Shown here piece after piece: positions 9,701 through 21,264 of a DNA stretch of 64,000 nucleotides. The number at the start of each line of letters is the position of its first letter. Position 1 is the first letter of the stretch. The notes under the pieces were generated by a model. It did no database searches and had not been told where the DNA came from. It saw only the letters and a program-made list of their open reading frames with translations. Source of the stretch: Trypanosoma brucei. Its lineage: Eukaryota. The stretch is from positions 992,001-1,056,000 of the forward strand of contig AL929603.2 in the NCBI GenBank assembly GCA_000002445.1, in the 5' to 3' direction. A program made the position numbers and the translations under genes.

Positions 9701-12307
9701 TTTCCACGGGATGGCAGACCGAGCTTTAACGTGCGTGCGGCCCGCTGCTTACTTTCTTCCGGGTGATCGCGCCTCCTCATTTTTATCCTCCGGAGCAATC
9801 CTTCTATTTGAGGAACGGGTGTGCACTCCTCATAAAGCTTCAGAGTCTACCGTATGTCCAGTGGCTGGGCACTCGAAAGTGTTCGCGCCCTCTTGTTACG
9901 TTGAACCATTTTCAATCATCGAGGTGGCTCTTGAGGAACGAAGGAATCGCGTTGGTCGGATGAGTTGGTGCTTTCGTCTCTTCGCCATCAAGCTTCGCGG
10001 GGGCAATCCCACACAATTTCCGCCGCCAGCCAGCTCTGTGGAACACGTTCAAGTTTAAGTGGCATCTCGGCGCGAGTGGTGCTATCGAGGGTCTGTTGCG
10101 ATTCGCGTAAGGCTATACAAAGGAATTAAGGGTATGCAAGCACGACGCGGCTGGTCTTTGTGCCGCGTGTTGCCGTATTCGGAGCTTGCAGAACAGTGTT
10201 CTGCGTCCGTGGGAATTCCATTGGTCCCCATTTTCCTCCAAAAAGTCGGTGTAGTTTCGAACTAGATATTCGTCGGGCAGTCCGTGTGTGGCGTCTATGG
10301 GCCAGAGTGCCTCCACCCATTTATTTGGGAGCAACCTCATACGATTTGCAATTGGTGTTGTGTGCCTCTGGCCCTTGTGGGGAGGAATGGAGGCGTCCAG
10401 GTGACAAACCGGTGCGGCGCGCTGTGTTTCGCATAAGTACTGGATTTATTCACTGTTAGTTCTGGAGGTTGGCTAGTTGCTTGTGTGCGCAGTCAGGTCA
10501 GAAACTCGTTTTTTTTCCACATTCAGTGTCTGCGTGAAATGTATCAATGCCTCTTTATCAAATCTGTTTCTGGACACACTCCACAGTTATGGGTACGTCA
10601 GTGATCACCATGACTGCTCAAACCGAGCACCAACAGTAGAACCACCGCGATTTGCTGACGCAAGAAGAGGTTTCACTGAAATAGCCGGAGTGCGGCGTTC
10701 CATTTTCGAAGCCGAAAACATTAAGTGATCTGCGCGGGTTGGATGACGTTTACTTCATGGAGAGTGATTTCTTTTTTGGAAACTACAGATCAAGGTGGAT
10801 GCATGTCAAGAGTGCCCGTCAGTGTGGGAACACGAGTGCTGGCGTAGGTGAGAAAATGGGGGATGGAATTGTGGGATGTAACGACGAAACAAGAGGTTAG
10901 GTACTCTGCAAGAGTAGGTTGTTATATGTCCTTCTCTCTTGCTTCCCACTGCTGGACTGCTCATGTGAGCCCAATTGTTTCTGTCATGCTAACGTTGTTA
11001 GTTAACTTATCTGGAGAGTTGAACGTCTAATTCACTTCAAAAATAAGCAAAAGGGCGTATGCGAATTTGTTCCTTGTCGTTACTACACGCTCTACCCTCT
11101 CAAAGAGTAATTTGATTCCATATTATATCCTTTTTTGTTTGGCGAAAGGTGATACGACTCCCGTTCTGTTGTTGTTTACTTTGTTACGTGGTCGGGTGAT
11201 GTGTATGCACAGGTACTGCCTTGGAAGTGCAATTATACCTGTGACGTCTCAAACGTTCAGAACTCCGTTGTTTTCTGGTTATAAAACAAAGGCTGCGAAT
11301 CTACACTAATGCTGTTTTGTGGGTTACTTCGGTTTGCAGCTTGTTACAAGAGCAGTGTGCTTTGACGGTTTTTTAAATTCGCTTTATTTTTTTAATAATT
11401 ATGGGTTAAGTCATGATTGCGCGGTATTTTCAACAGTAGGTTTTGTTATTTTTACAGTTTGGAACAACAAATGAAGTGCTGAACACCCCTTTTTTGGTTT
11501 TGTATATATATATTTCTACTTCGTCACAGCACTTTAGAATTGTGTGCCGTAATGAGTAAGAGAAAAAATATGAGCTCTTCTTAAAATTATAAAAATGTTT
11601 TTGTGATTTCAAACAGCTTCGCGGAATGACTGTTGTGTACCATTTTCACCAAGTAAACATTTTTATGATTTCCTCTTTTTCCGCGCACGGCATACCTGTC
11701 CAACACGGGGTTTAGCACTGCACCAATAACTATCTTGAAGGTGTCGTACAGTTGTCTTTCAATGATTTAGTATTAGCAGGGGTAAGGTTGAGGTTCACGG
11801 GAGGGATGGGAATAGCCACATACAACATGTGTAAAGGAAACTGTCATACAATGCACTCAAGGATTATCTTGCAGTCATACGCGTCATTTGAACTTTGTGT
11901 AACCTTGTTGTACTGTTGAGTGCTTTTGTGCTACTTTTTTTCTCCTGTCTATTTCAATTAGTATGCGTTCTTTCTTTGTTGGAAGGTTAATGGGAGGTAA
12001 AGAGGCCTTTTTTAAACCTCGTATTCGCATTTAGCAGTCGGCACAATGTATATGCCTTCTTAACGTAGGTGATGCCAGGTACGTATATATTTTTGTGTTT
12101 ACGGTAGTCTGCGGTACAAGTAGACCAAGTGAACTGTGTGCTCTTCGATCATGACCAACAACGGCGCTCCATGTGTTTTGCAATATTTTTGTCGCTGGTG
12201 TTTCCACCGTACACTTGTTTCTTTCGATACCTTTTTTCAGCGAAAATTTCCACCCTTTTTCCCCTTTTTAGTAACTCATTTACTAGAGAGGCAAGTGAAA
12301 GCATAAC

Positions 12308-13123
12308 ATGACAACTGAAGAGGGAAAAGTAGAGACACCAGTGGCCAAAGGAGCGTTTAGCCCGACGCGCCACGTCATGTTTGCCGACGAGGTCACGGAA
12401 GTGCAACCACAACACAATGATATGAACGCCGGCAATGGGTTGGATGCTGTAGAGGGAAACCACACCAATCACGAGGAAGTGCCCCATCATTTGCGTCAAA
12501 ATTACGGCACCGGTGGCGATTCAAATGACAACGGTGAAGCGGGTGAAGGAGATTTCGGCCGTGGTAAAAGAGGTGGTCGTAATCGAAACCGTAGGCGTCA
12601 CAATGCGAAACCAATTTTGAAGGCTCTCGTGACGGAGGCCAATTCCGAAGCGGATGCTGAAGAGGACTTGCGCGTGCGCACGACACTTGTGGTAGCGGAA
12701 GAAAATGCCCAACGCCTTCGCGTTGAACATCAGGAACTTGAAGATCACGCTGATATTGGTTCACTCTTCAAGGCATCTGACAAGACCTTGTGGGGCCGTT
12801 ATTCACTAAAAGGTAAGCGAGTGATGAATACTTCCAGTGAAGAAGGCACTCCCATGAGATATTCGACAATGTGTGATGCTTCAACGACTTCAGACAACTT
12901 GAGCTGGAGAAATCAAGAGGAAATGCAAGACGCATCAACGCAAGCTGAATTTGAGGAGATTGTTGAAGACACACCGAGGGCCATCAGTGGTTCGGGTCCG
13001 CTGGCGAGATTACTTGGGGGGGTTGGTGGTCACCGTGACGAGTGGTATCGGCGTATTTGGAAATTATTTGTGCTTCTTGTTGTTCTTTTTTATGTGCGCC
13101 GGTTTGTTCCTCGGCTGCGGTAA
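12308..13123 (+). CDS. Hypothetical acidic tail-anchored protein
   Basis: 271-aa ATG-initiated ORF, isolated in an ORF-poor region. It has an acidic and Gly/Arg-rich low-complexity N-terminal half (GRGKRGGRNRNRRRH) and a single C-terminal TM segment (IWKLFVLLVVLFYV). A polypyrimidine tract lies upstream (ccctttttccccttttt, about 12255). No family recognised. Confidence 0.4.
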   Translation: MTTEEGKVETPVAKGAFSPTRHVMFADEVTEVQPQHNDMNAGNGLDAVEGNHTNHEEVPHHLRQNYGTGGDSNDNGEAGEGDFGRGKRGGRNRNRRRHNAKPILKALVTEANSEADAEEDLRVRTTLVVAEENAQRLRVEHQELEDHADIGSLFKASDKTLWGRYSLKGKRVMNTSSEEGTPMRYSTMCDASTTSDNLSWRNQEEMQDASTQAEFEEIVEDTPRAISGSGPLARLLGGVGGHRDEWYRRIWKLFVLLVVLFYVRRFVPRLR

Positions 13124-15803
13124 CTAGTTTGTGATGCAGAGGCTGTGCCTTCTACGGAGTAACACTGTATATGACTGTATTTATCTGTGTCCTATTTGTC
13201 ATGCAACGCAACATGTAAGCGAAGCGGTTTCTCCTCAGTGCCTGCGATGTCAGACATGTTGCTCACTTAGTGGGGGTAGCATATATGTATATATTTGTGG
13301 TGTCATTTTCTTGCAAGACGGACGGTTTCACGTACTAAGAAAAAAGTGTGTGTGTTCGGGGTTAAATATTTCTATGCAGACAGCAGTGCCACGGTAGTTG
13401 GAGTCTCTGCTATTGAAGACTGAAAATTCAGCTTTAAGATAAGATATAGCAAAAAGAGAAAAGAGAACACTTGATCGAACTAAACAAATCACTATTGCGG
13501 AGGGCTTAGTCAGCGGTATCAATGCAAATAAATACATGTGCGTGCATACATATATGTGTATGTGAGTGAGCCGATTGCCGGCGTGCGTGGCGTAGGTAAA
13601 GGAAGGTGATCACATCACCCCCATTTTGCGAAGCGAGGAGAGCGCACAGTTCGGTTGGTTAGCGAGTAGGAGTAAAAATTGAAGGAAGGACCTTGTCATA
13701 CTTTGCATTATTTGGAAGTCATAGCACTGTTTCCCGCCCCATTCAAAAGAAAATTTGTTTACATGTTTCGTAACAGAGATAGAAACACGGTTTCCACTGT
13801 CGTCACCTCCTTCGTTTCAAACCCTATTTCATCCATTTGTTTCCTCTCCCTTTTCGATAGTTTGTGAAAGCCACAACCACCTTTTTTTGTACCTTAGTTT
13901 ACTCTCGTGTCACCACCGAGCTACCAGTTGCATGTCTGGCTAGGCATATGCCGACACATTTTTAGTGGAATCGCCGTTGACACAATTTGCCAATCAGTGT
14001 CTCAGTGCTTGGGTTATAAACGTGCATAACTCGGACACCGGACACGAGCTTGTGCTGAAAATTGTGTCCCTGTTGTCATCCAGAGGTTCAGGGAGTTTAC
14101 ATTTTGAAGAATGAGGGTCTTCGATTGACTTCCTGGGACGTATCGAATACGTCAAGCACAGTCGAATGCAGTAAAGCAGTGCCTTGTCGAGAATACATCG
14201 AGACAATGGCAGCAGACACACTACTCTACTTCATTTGGTAGTGTAGCATTATTTTTTTTATTTTTGTCCGAATACTTTCGTATCCCAACACCAGAGGCTT
14301 CTCGAGCTGTTTGCCTTGTTTTGGCTTATGGTGCTATGGTTGTGTGGCCAAGAAGTGAGGTCACAGTTCGCTAAGGGATGTGCACCAGCACGTTAACGGG
14401 GCGGGTATGGGTGCAGTTGTGTTGTATGCATACATCTGTCGGTGTGCCGAGTTATCCTATAGAGCGCAAACGCCAACCGGTGGGCCGGGAAGTAGAACAG
14501 GAGTGTTCATTTCGTTTGAGCCGGAGCGGAAGCAGTGGGTCACAGCACCCAGCTCAAAGAAGGGGAGTTAACTGAGGTGTGTGATTATTGAGAAAGGAAC
14601 TGAAATTGTTGGGAATTGAAGCATCCCGAACTTTCCCCATCCCTTTGGTCATCAGACAGCCGTAATGATTTTCCCACAATGGGCTCTGTGCAAAGTTCAT
14701 TTGCTCTAATGGCTGAGATGTGATTCTCGCCCTCGCGCGATCAGCGGGGAGGAACAGCACCGTTACATTGAGTTAGGAGCCATGTTTAGTTCAACTTTTT
14801 CTGTCACTGGGAGTTGATCAGAATGAGAGGATGTGATTTTTATTTCCCCTTAATGGTGTACATTATGTGCGACACTGGCGTGTGTCAATTTTAACAGCTA
14901 GAATCGTTGGTTTAATTTGCTGTGCGCTAATTAGAGTCGTCGTACGCTCAGGGAAAGGTGGCGCATGCTCTTCTGGGAAGGGCTGTTTCTCAACTAACCC
15001 AGATTAATTGGTTGCTTTGTTGGGTGTGTGTGTGTAATTCCTTTATGTGTTAATTCTCTAGTGAGGTATCTAGTGCTCTGCCGCTTGGTCACTGTCTCTG
15101 TACAGGTGTGGAAGTTGCCATCATCTGATGCCGACCACCCCGTTTCGATGTTAACAAAGACAGTGTTTCTTACACGCACCGGGAAAACACTATTTGATGG
15201 CGCGTTTACTTGACTAGCCCCATGCTTCTTACGGCCAGCGTATGTAACGCCTTCCAGGAATGGATGAACCGAATCGGAGGTGGCAGTGTCTTCAGCCACT
15301 TCGCAAGGGACTTAAAGGAACGACAAAGTTGTGTTGTATTGGTGGGGTTCTTCTTCCCGTATCTTCATTTGACCGTAAGTTTCCACGACTATTGAAGGGC
15401 TCTGTGTTGCGCAATTGAAAATGCGTGTTGTTATGCGATTCTGATATGCTTTTGTAGTCCCGTTTTACTGATTTTTCCTCCCCACAAAAGTGGAGGAGCA
15501 TCCCGTTTTTTTTTCTCGCCGGGGCCAGTCGCCGCTGGTGCGCTGCTGGCTTCTATGGTTGGCTGCCAGGTTCCGGAGCATTTAGTCCCTAAAGTTCCAC
15601 GGCAGCGAAGGATTGTGTCTCCCTCCTCTGTTAATCAGTGTCACCACCGGTGTGCATTTCCACGCTATTGCGCGTACGAAGACTCACTTGCTCCGTATCT
15701 CTTTCCCTTTATTTATTTAATATTGTAACCCCTTTTGGTGGAGCATTTATTTCCATATAGGGTAGCATTTACCTTCAGTGAAATAAAAAGAACAAAGACA
15801 GGG

Positions 15804-18011
15804 ATGGGTGGTGTGGTCGGCAAGATACCTGTTCTGCTTCGTGGTGGTAAGACTGTGGATGGACTTAACTTCCATGGCATGGTACCCATTGATACGGAAG
15901 AGCTTACCGAATTGTTGACTGTGTTAAACTGTCGAGGATACGATACGAAGGTGGAAGTCCATCCTTTACCTGCTGGCTTTCCCCATACGGGTGAGGTATT
16001 CAGCACATATGAACTTGTACTGAGGGGTATAGTGCTTGAACGTGGTGATTTGGAGTTCATAGGAAATTATGCATCACTTAACAAACTGCATTTTATCGAA
16101 TGTTCGGGCTCATGCGACCTGGGTATGTTGTCGGGGCATTCGTTTCTTTCAGAGTTGCGCGTGGACGTTGATGGTGAAGTGAGCCATTATAAAGCGCTGC
16201 GGGAGCTCCCTTCGTTGAGAACCCTTTGGCTGCGCAACAGTAACATGACACTCACTGATTTCTTTCATGTGGGGGAAGTAGATACATTGGAAAGCCTTAC
16301 CCTTCGAGGAGCGTTGAACTTCAAGTGTCTGGAGGCTGTAGCGAGGTTGCCGCGGTTGAGGGCGCTGGATTTGAGTGAGACATTGGTCAATGATAAATGC
16401 CTCCACGCTATAAGCGCCTGCAAAACCCTGCAGCAACTTGGCCTCAGCTCCTGCAAGCGGCTGCGAGATGTTAGCCCCCTTACTCAGATTGCCAGTTTGG
16501 AGGAGTTGAACCTTAGTCACTGTGAAAATCTTAAGGAAGTGGGTGCCCTTTACAGACTTAGCCACTTATTTAGGTTAGACCTTAGGGGTGTGCACCTCAC
16601 TTATCGTGTTGTTTACAGTCTAAGCAAGTGCACGGGACTGACTGAGCTTTACGTTTCATCCTGCGAAGGGTTATCGGGCGTGGCTTGGCTTTCCAACCTT
16701 GAATCGCTAGGGGATTTGGATGTTCAGTGGCGTAAAAACTTGAAGCATACTGGGGACGTTCTTGCCTGCTTGCCGTTGCTACGAGTGCTGGATTTGAGCG
16801 GCACATCGATTAGCAACGAATCCCTTTGGAATATTAGTGAAAGTAAGCTTCTGAGAAGGCTTGACCTCTCGTTCTGTGGCGGTGTGAAAGATATAAGCCC
16901 GATATCAGATATTGTAACACTAGAAGAGTTGAATCTTAAGGGTTGCACGAGTATTACCGAAGGAGTGGATAAACTTGGAAATTTAGTGAATCTTCATATA
17001 CTGAATATGAGTAACACCCCTCTTCAATCCGGTTTTCTCTACAATATCAGCAGCATCGAAAGTCTCGTGGAACTTGATCTTTCTTCATGCTGGGGTGTAG
17101 CATCATTGGATTCTTCAGTGCAGACAGCGGTGCGTATGCGGAAGGGTTCCTATCCATTAGCGCGTCACATCGAAGGCATAAATGCGCTTGGAAGGCTCCC
17201 GAAACTTCGATTGCTAAACATGAGTAGCACTCCCGTAACAGATGAGTGCCTTCATGGATTGCAAATGTGCAAGAGTTTGGTGTGGCTCAATCTTTCTTTA
17301 TGTGCCAACCTCACGGATGTAAGTCCCCTTTCAAGTGTCAAAACACTGGAGGAAGTAGACCTCGGTTGTTGTGGAAACTTGAAGTGGGGTGCAGGTTCCC
17401 TCCGCCGACTGCCACAGTTACGCATCCTGGATTTAAAAAATACAGTCATTACTGATCACTGCCTTGGTGATGTCACTTACGGAGGGGGCGTGGTTAGTCG
17501 AATGTTGGGACGGTGTGGGATGGCTGACCTGAGTTTTTCTCGTTGGTCCATCCGTCGTGGTGGCAATTTGGTGAGGTTGGACCTCTCGTCGTGCTGGGGG
17601 CTCACTGATATTGCCCATCTGACAAGCATAACCACACTGGAGGAGTTGAGATTTACGGGATGCAGAAACTTAAAGGATGGTGTGGATGCCCTCGGCCAAT
17701 TACCAGTTCTTCACCTGCTGGACTTGAGTGGCACTTCCATAACCGATGACTCTCTCCAAGGATTAAGTACGTGTAGAAGCCTCGTCACGCTTAATATTTC
17801 GTCGTGCGCTAACCTAACAGATGTAAGTCCTCTTTCACGGATTTCATCACTTGAGGAACTAAACCTTCAGAAAAGCAAACATATCAGGAGAGGCATCGAT
17901 GAATTAGTGAGCCTTCCGCGTTTGTACCTTGTATATTTGTGTAGAGCAGACTTTAGCCGCGGAGTCGCAGAAGAGTTAGAAAAACGCGGTATTGTAGTTA
18001 AACAAATGTAA
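15804..18011 (+). CDS. Leucine-rich repeat protein, ESAG8-related (LRRP type), lacking an obvious N-terminal RING finger
   Basis: The long ORF in the track starts at a TTG (15735). The first ATG is 15804 (MGGVVGK...), and a polyY tract plus AG at about 15700..15760 lies upstream. There are more than 15 tandem cysteine-containing LRRs of about 23-25 aa (L..LDLS.C..L.DVSPLS....LEELNL). Confidence 0.65.
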   Translation: MGGVVGKIPVLLRGGKTVDGLNFHGMVPIDTEELTELLTVLNCRGYDTKVEVHPLPAGFPHTGEVFSTYELVLRGIVLERGDLEFIGNYASLNKLHFIECSGSCDLGMLSGHSFLSELRVDVDGEVSHYKALRELPSLRTLWLRNSNMTLTDFFHVGEVDTLESLTLRGALNFKCLEAVARLPRLRALDLSETLVNDKCLHAISACKTLQQLGLSSCKRLRDVSPLTQIASLEELNLSHCENLKEVGALYRLSHLFRLDLRGVHLTYRVVYSLSKCTGLTELYVSSCEGLSGVAWLSNLESLGDLDVQWRKNLKHTGDVLACLPLLRVLDLSGTSISNESLWNISESKLLRRLDLSFCGGVKDISPISDIVTLEELNLKGCTSITEGVDKLGNLVNLHILNMSNTPLQSGFLYNISSIESLVELDLSSCWGVASLDSSVQTAVRMRKGSYPLARHIEGINALGRLPKLRLLNMSSTPVTDECLHGLQMCKSLVWLNLSLCANLTDVSPLSSVKTLEEVDLGCCGNLKWGAGSLRRLPQLRILDLKNTVITDHCLGDVTYGGGVVSRMLGRCGMADLSFSRWSIRRGGNLVRLDLSSCWGLTDIAHLTSITTLEELRFTGCRNLKDGVDALGQLPVLHLLDLSGTSITDDSLQGLSTCRSLVTLNISSCANLTDVSPLSRISSLEELNLQKSKHIRRGIDELVSLPRLYLVYLCRADFSRGVAEELEKRGIVVKQM

Positions 18012-21000
18012 ACACTTGTACGAATTTAGTGAGTGCTTTCTTAGGGCTGACTCGGGGTTCTGCAGTTCATATCGGCGCTCTGCGTCCCTGTTCCCGTGTT
18101 ACTCTTGGTACAAGCTGCATCTCCCCTTTCTCCACTTCCCCAGCATTAGTTGCTAAATTTATATTCACTTATTATGTCAAAAGATCATTGGAGTGTTGTG
18201 CAGTTGACTTTGTAAACGCCCCTTTTTACAAAAGCATAGGTATGAGCTGGGCGTATCTCTGCGGTGCCAGTGGACGTGTATATGTTGATGGAGCAGTCGG
18301 CTGGTGTCAAACTTCTTTTTTTCTGGCGTTTTCACTTTGGTGCCGTTCTTCCTGGTGGGGCGGTTACCATCCCTCATGATGTACTCGTGTTCCTTCTTTC
18401 CCCTTCTTTTTCTTTTTCCTCACTTGGCGTCTGCCAAATAAAATCCAGGCAATATCCGAGATGCTTGTTGAATTTTCAACCTTACAACTGTGGCTTATAT
18501 GCTGCAGACGGTTAGGGTGCGCCCAAACTTGCCTGGAAATACTAAGACACTATACTTTGTTTTTTTTCTTTATCTATGCGAGTGGGCCTTCCTAAAAAAT
18601 ACGGTACCGTTTCGGCAGGCCCCGTGTGGTGAAGGGCTCCACATTTTGTGTGAGAACTGTCGATATCCCTCTTATCACCTGCTTTGATGTCTTACACATC
18701 TTGTTCTTTGCTTAGTTTTCCTTTTGTTTTATTAGGATCAAACTGTGAATCCAGCAGCTAGCCCACTGTACTGGGGGATTCACCGTGTTTGTTTGCTTGT
18801 GCGTGTGGATCCGTGCTTGTGTTGGGTGCTGTTGCTTTCCGTAAAGTAATCCTGAAACACCAAGGACTGATTTCGTAGGAACCATAAAAGCAATTTTGCT
18901 TCTTTGGAGGTGGGTATCACCATTTTAGTAGTTGCTTAGACACCTGTGATTTCTTTTTTGGGACATATGCGCGTTGCTATACGGTGACTGTTGAGGTTTG
19001 GCTGCCACTGCCTTAAAAAGCAAGAGGCTTTGAGCGGCATCATTCGCTGTGCCATCTTGTAGTGGAAGACTGGAATTTGAGTTTACTAACAACTAATGTG
19101 AGCTGCAAAAGCCGCATAGTTTGTGGGCACGCAAGAGTCTGTACGGTCGATCTTTACTCACCTGAAGTGTTTTTGTTTTGTTTTGTCGGTGTTTTTTTCC
19201 ACTCGATGTGCGGACGTTAAATCCTTCGAAGGGTTGTGTTTTCACACATGTGGTTGAGGTGAATTGTTTAAATTCTGGGATGTTGTGCGTGCAACACTAC
19301 CATCCATATCAGTGGATGGGAATTAACGGGGAGATACCAGGGTTCCTATGCATCATGTGAGCAATTGCTTTCCCTGCTTGCCTTCGGGTAATGACTTCAC
19401 AACGTACCTTGTGTCGTGTTTGGGAAAATATTCTAACATCTCTGAAGGGCGTCTGATGCGCGGGATGAGGGATAACACCATTCATTTTTGGCTTAATGGA
19501 ATAGTGATGGTACATTTATCCGCCATGTTCACACCATGAGAGAGGAAGCTACATCCCAACGAAATCATTCCACCCCCTACGATGGTCGATCATATATGCC
19601 AAAATGTTCTGTGGATCTTTAAATAATGAGTGAAACGTTTACTAAACTTCTGAAACCTTGTGCAGGCGAAATATTGAGTAGATCCAACGGAAATAAGATA
19701 TAGCTTACACACCTCATCGCTAAACGCCACAAAAGTTTCTGTGTGTGTGTGTGGTAAAGGAAACAAACACAGAAAAAAGGTATAGACGAGGAGAACCGTC
19801 TGTATTCTTGTATTTGAACAGTACAAAGTTCTGCGGCGGACACAACAGGTGTTCTGACGTTTTATGGCTGACAGAAGCACAACATGCTCAAGCAAGAAAG
19901 GATTCACCCCTGAAATAGAGGGTGTGGAGCTATGAACATCACAGAAGTAACAAGGCGAGGAAATTGTGCGCTAACATCGCAAGAGAACAAGGGCTCTTTG
20001 TTACACACGAAGGGACAGTACTCTGTAGTGTATACGGATGCAAATGCCCACAGAGCAACCAAGTGGGCGGTGCGCATCAATTAAAACCGGACAGCAACAA
20101 TCCAGCATCAGTACAAAGGCGGGCGCAACTTCAGTGCTCGTGCAAACAACTTAATACTGAAATGCGCGTTCTGCGGCATCTGTTCGGGGATGAAAAAAGG
20201 CCCTGCAATAAGTCAAGGGTTATAACCGTTGCAGTGAAGCGCTATCTGCAGGCATTCACGTCGTCAAAAGACAGTATGAACTTAATAAAAATAATGGAAC
20301 ACAAAATGTCAAAACAAGAACTAATCCAACTGTCCCAACGGATGGAAGAAATGCAGCAGCGGATTCTGTAAAGTGAACGTATTGCAATTTCGTGGATGTA
20401 CGAGGAGAGGCGTTGACTTTGAAAGCAAAAGCTCGACACTATCAAAAATCAACCGAAGGGAAACACCGCAAGTACAGAGCCATGATGGTAAGTGACAGAG
20501 GAAAGTGAAATACTACCAACTGATGCAACAGTTACTGTTGATGAAGGGGGAGCCCAATGCCCTCAGTACAAGCATTAACACGCATTGGTGAGTGGCGTGA
20601 TCAACCACCTCAAGAAAAATGTAGAACACGTACCTCGTTACCAAATATCAGAGTCCAACAAAATCGTCACGGAGCTTCGGTATTGAAGTATTGAGTCTGC
20701 GCTTGTTAAGCCCTCATTGCTATAGAAAAAACAAAATAACACCTTAACTTTTACTTGCAGTTGAGGAGCTGCCAACATAAGCCGGTGCTTTCTTCATGCG
20801 AAGGAAACATAACGCCTCAAGGGCTGAGAGTGTATCAAGTGTTGACATGCCTCCACCTTCGCCCAACGGAAAAGGGCGTAGGAGTTTCGAACTGAATTCC
20901 ACTAAACTCGTCACCGCGACGAGAGACTGACAACTTCCAAAAAACTGGCGGTGTGGTTTCCAAAGTTGGTACGATTGGAACGGGTTCTAGCCTTTACGCC

Positions 21001-21264
21001 TTTGCTGCCAACAAGTTTGTACGGGCTGTGCGGTGCGATGTATTGATTACGCACATCCCACAACCCAGCAGGTGCGAGATCGATGAGTAGTCCTAAGTTT
21101 TTCTTAACTTCCAAATATCCAGAATGGGAAAAGAACCCTCCCAGCGGAAATGTTTCTAAGCGTGCTCTGTTTATAATTTTTACACGAACGAAGCGAGAAA
21201 ATGGCGACTTATCTTCGTAACTACTTTTTAAGAAAGGAGTTTAATTACATAAAGTGGAACAAAA

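Noticed and set aside
9387-10058. 223-aa plus-strand ORF in the GC-rich block.
   Set aside because: Its Pro/Arg/Ser/Phe-rich sequence has no domain character and overlaps several equally long antisense ORFs. This is typical of non-coding GC-rich DNA.
15735-15803. ORF-track start of the LRR gene at 15735 (and of the VSG at 59584, and the ESAG3-like ORF at 57047).
   Set aside because: These codons are TTG/GTG, which are bacterial-style alternative starts. In a trypanosome the first ATG is used (15804, 59560 and 56987 respectively).
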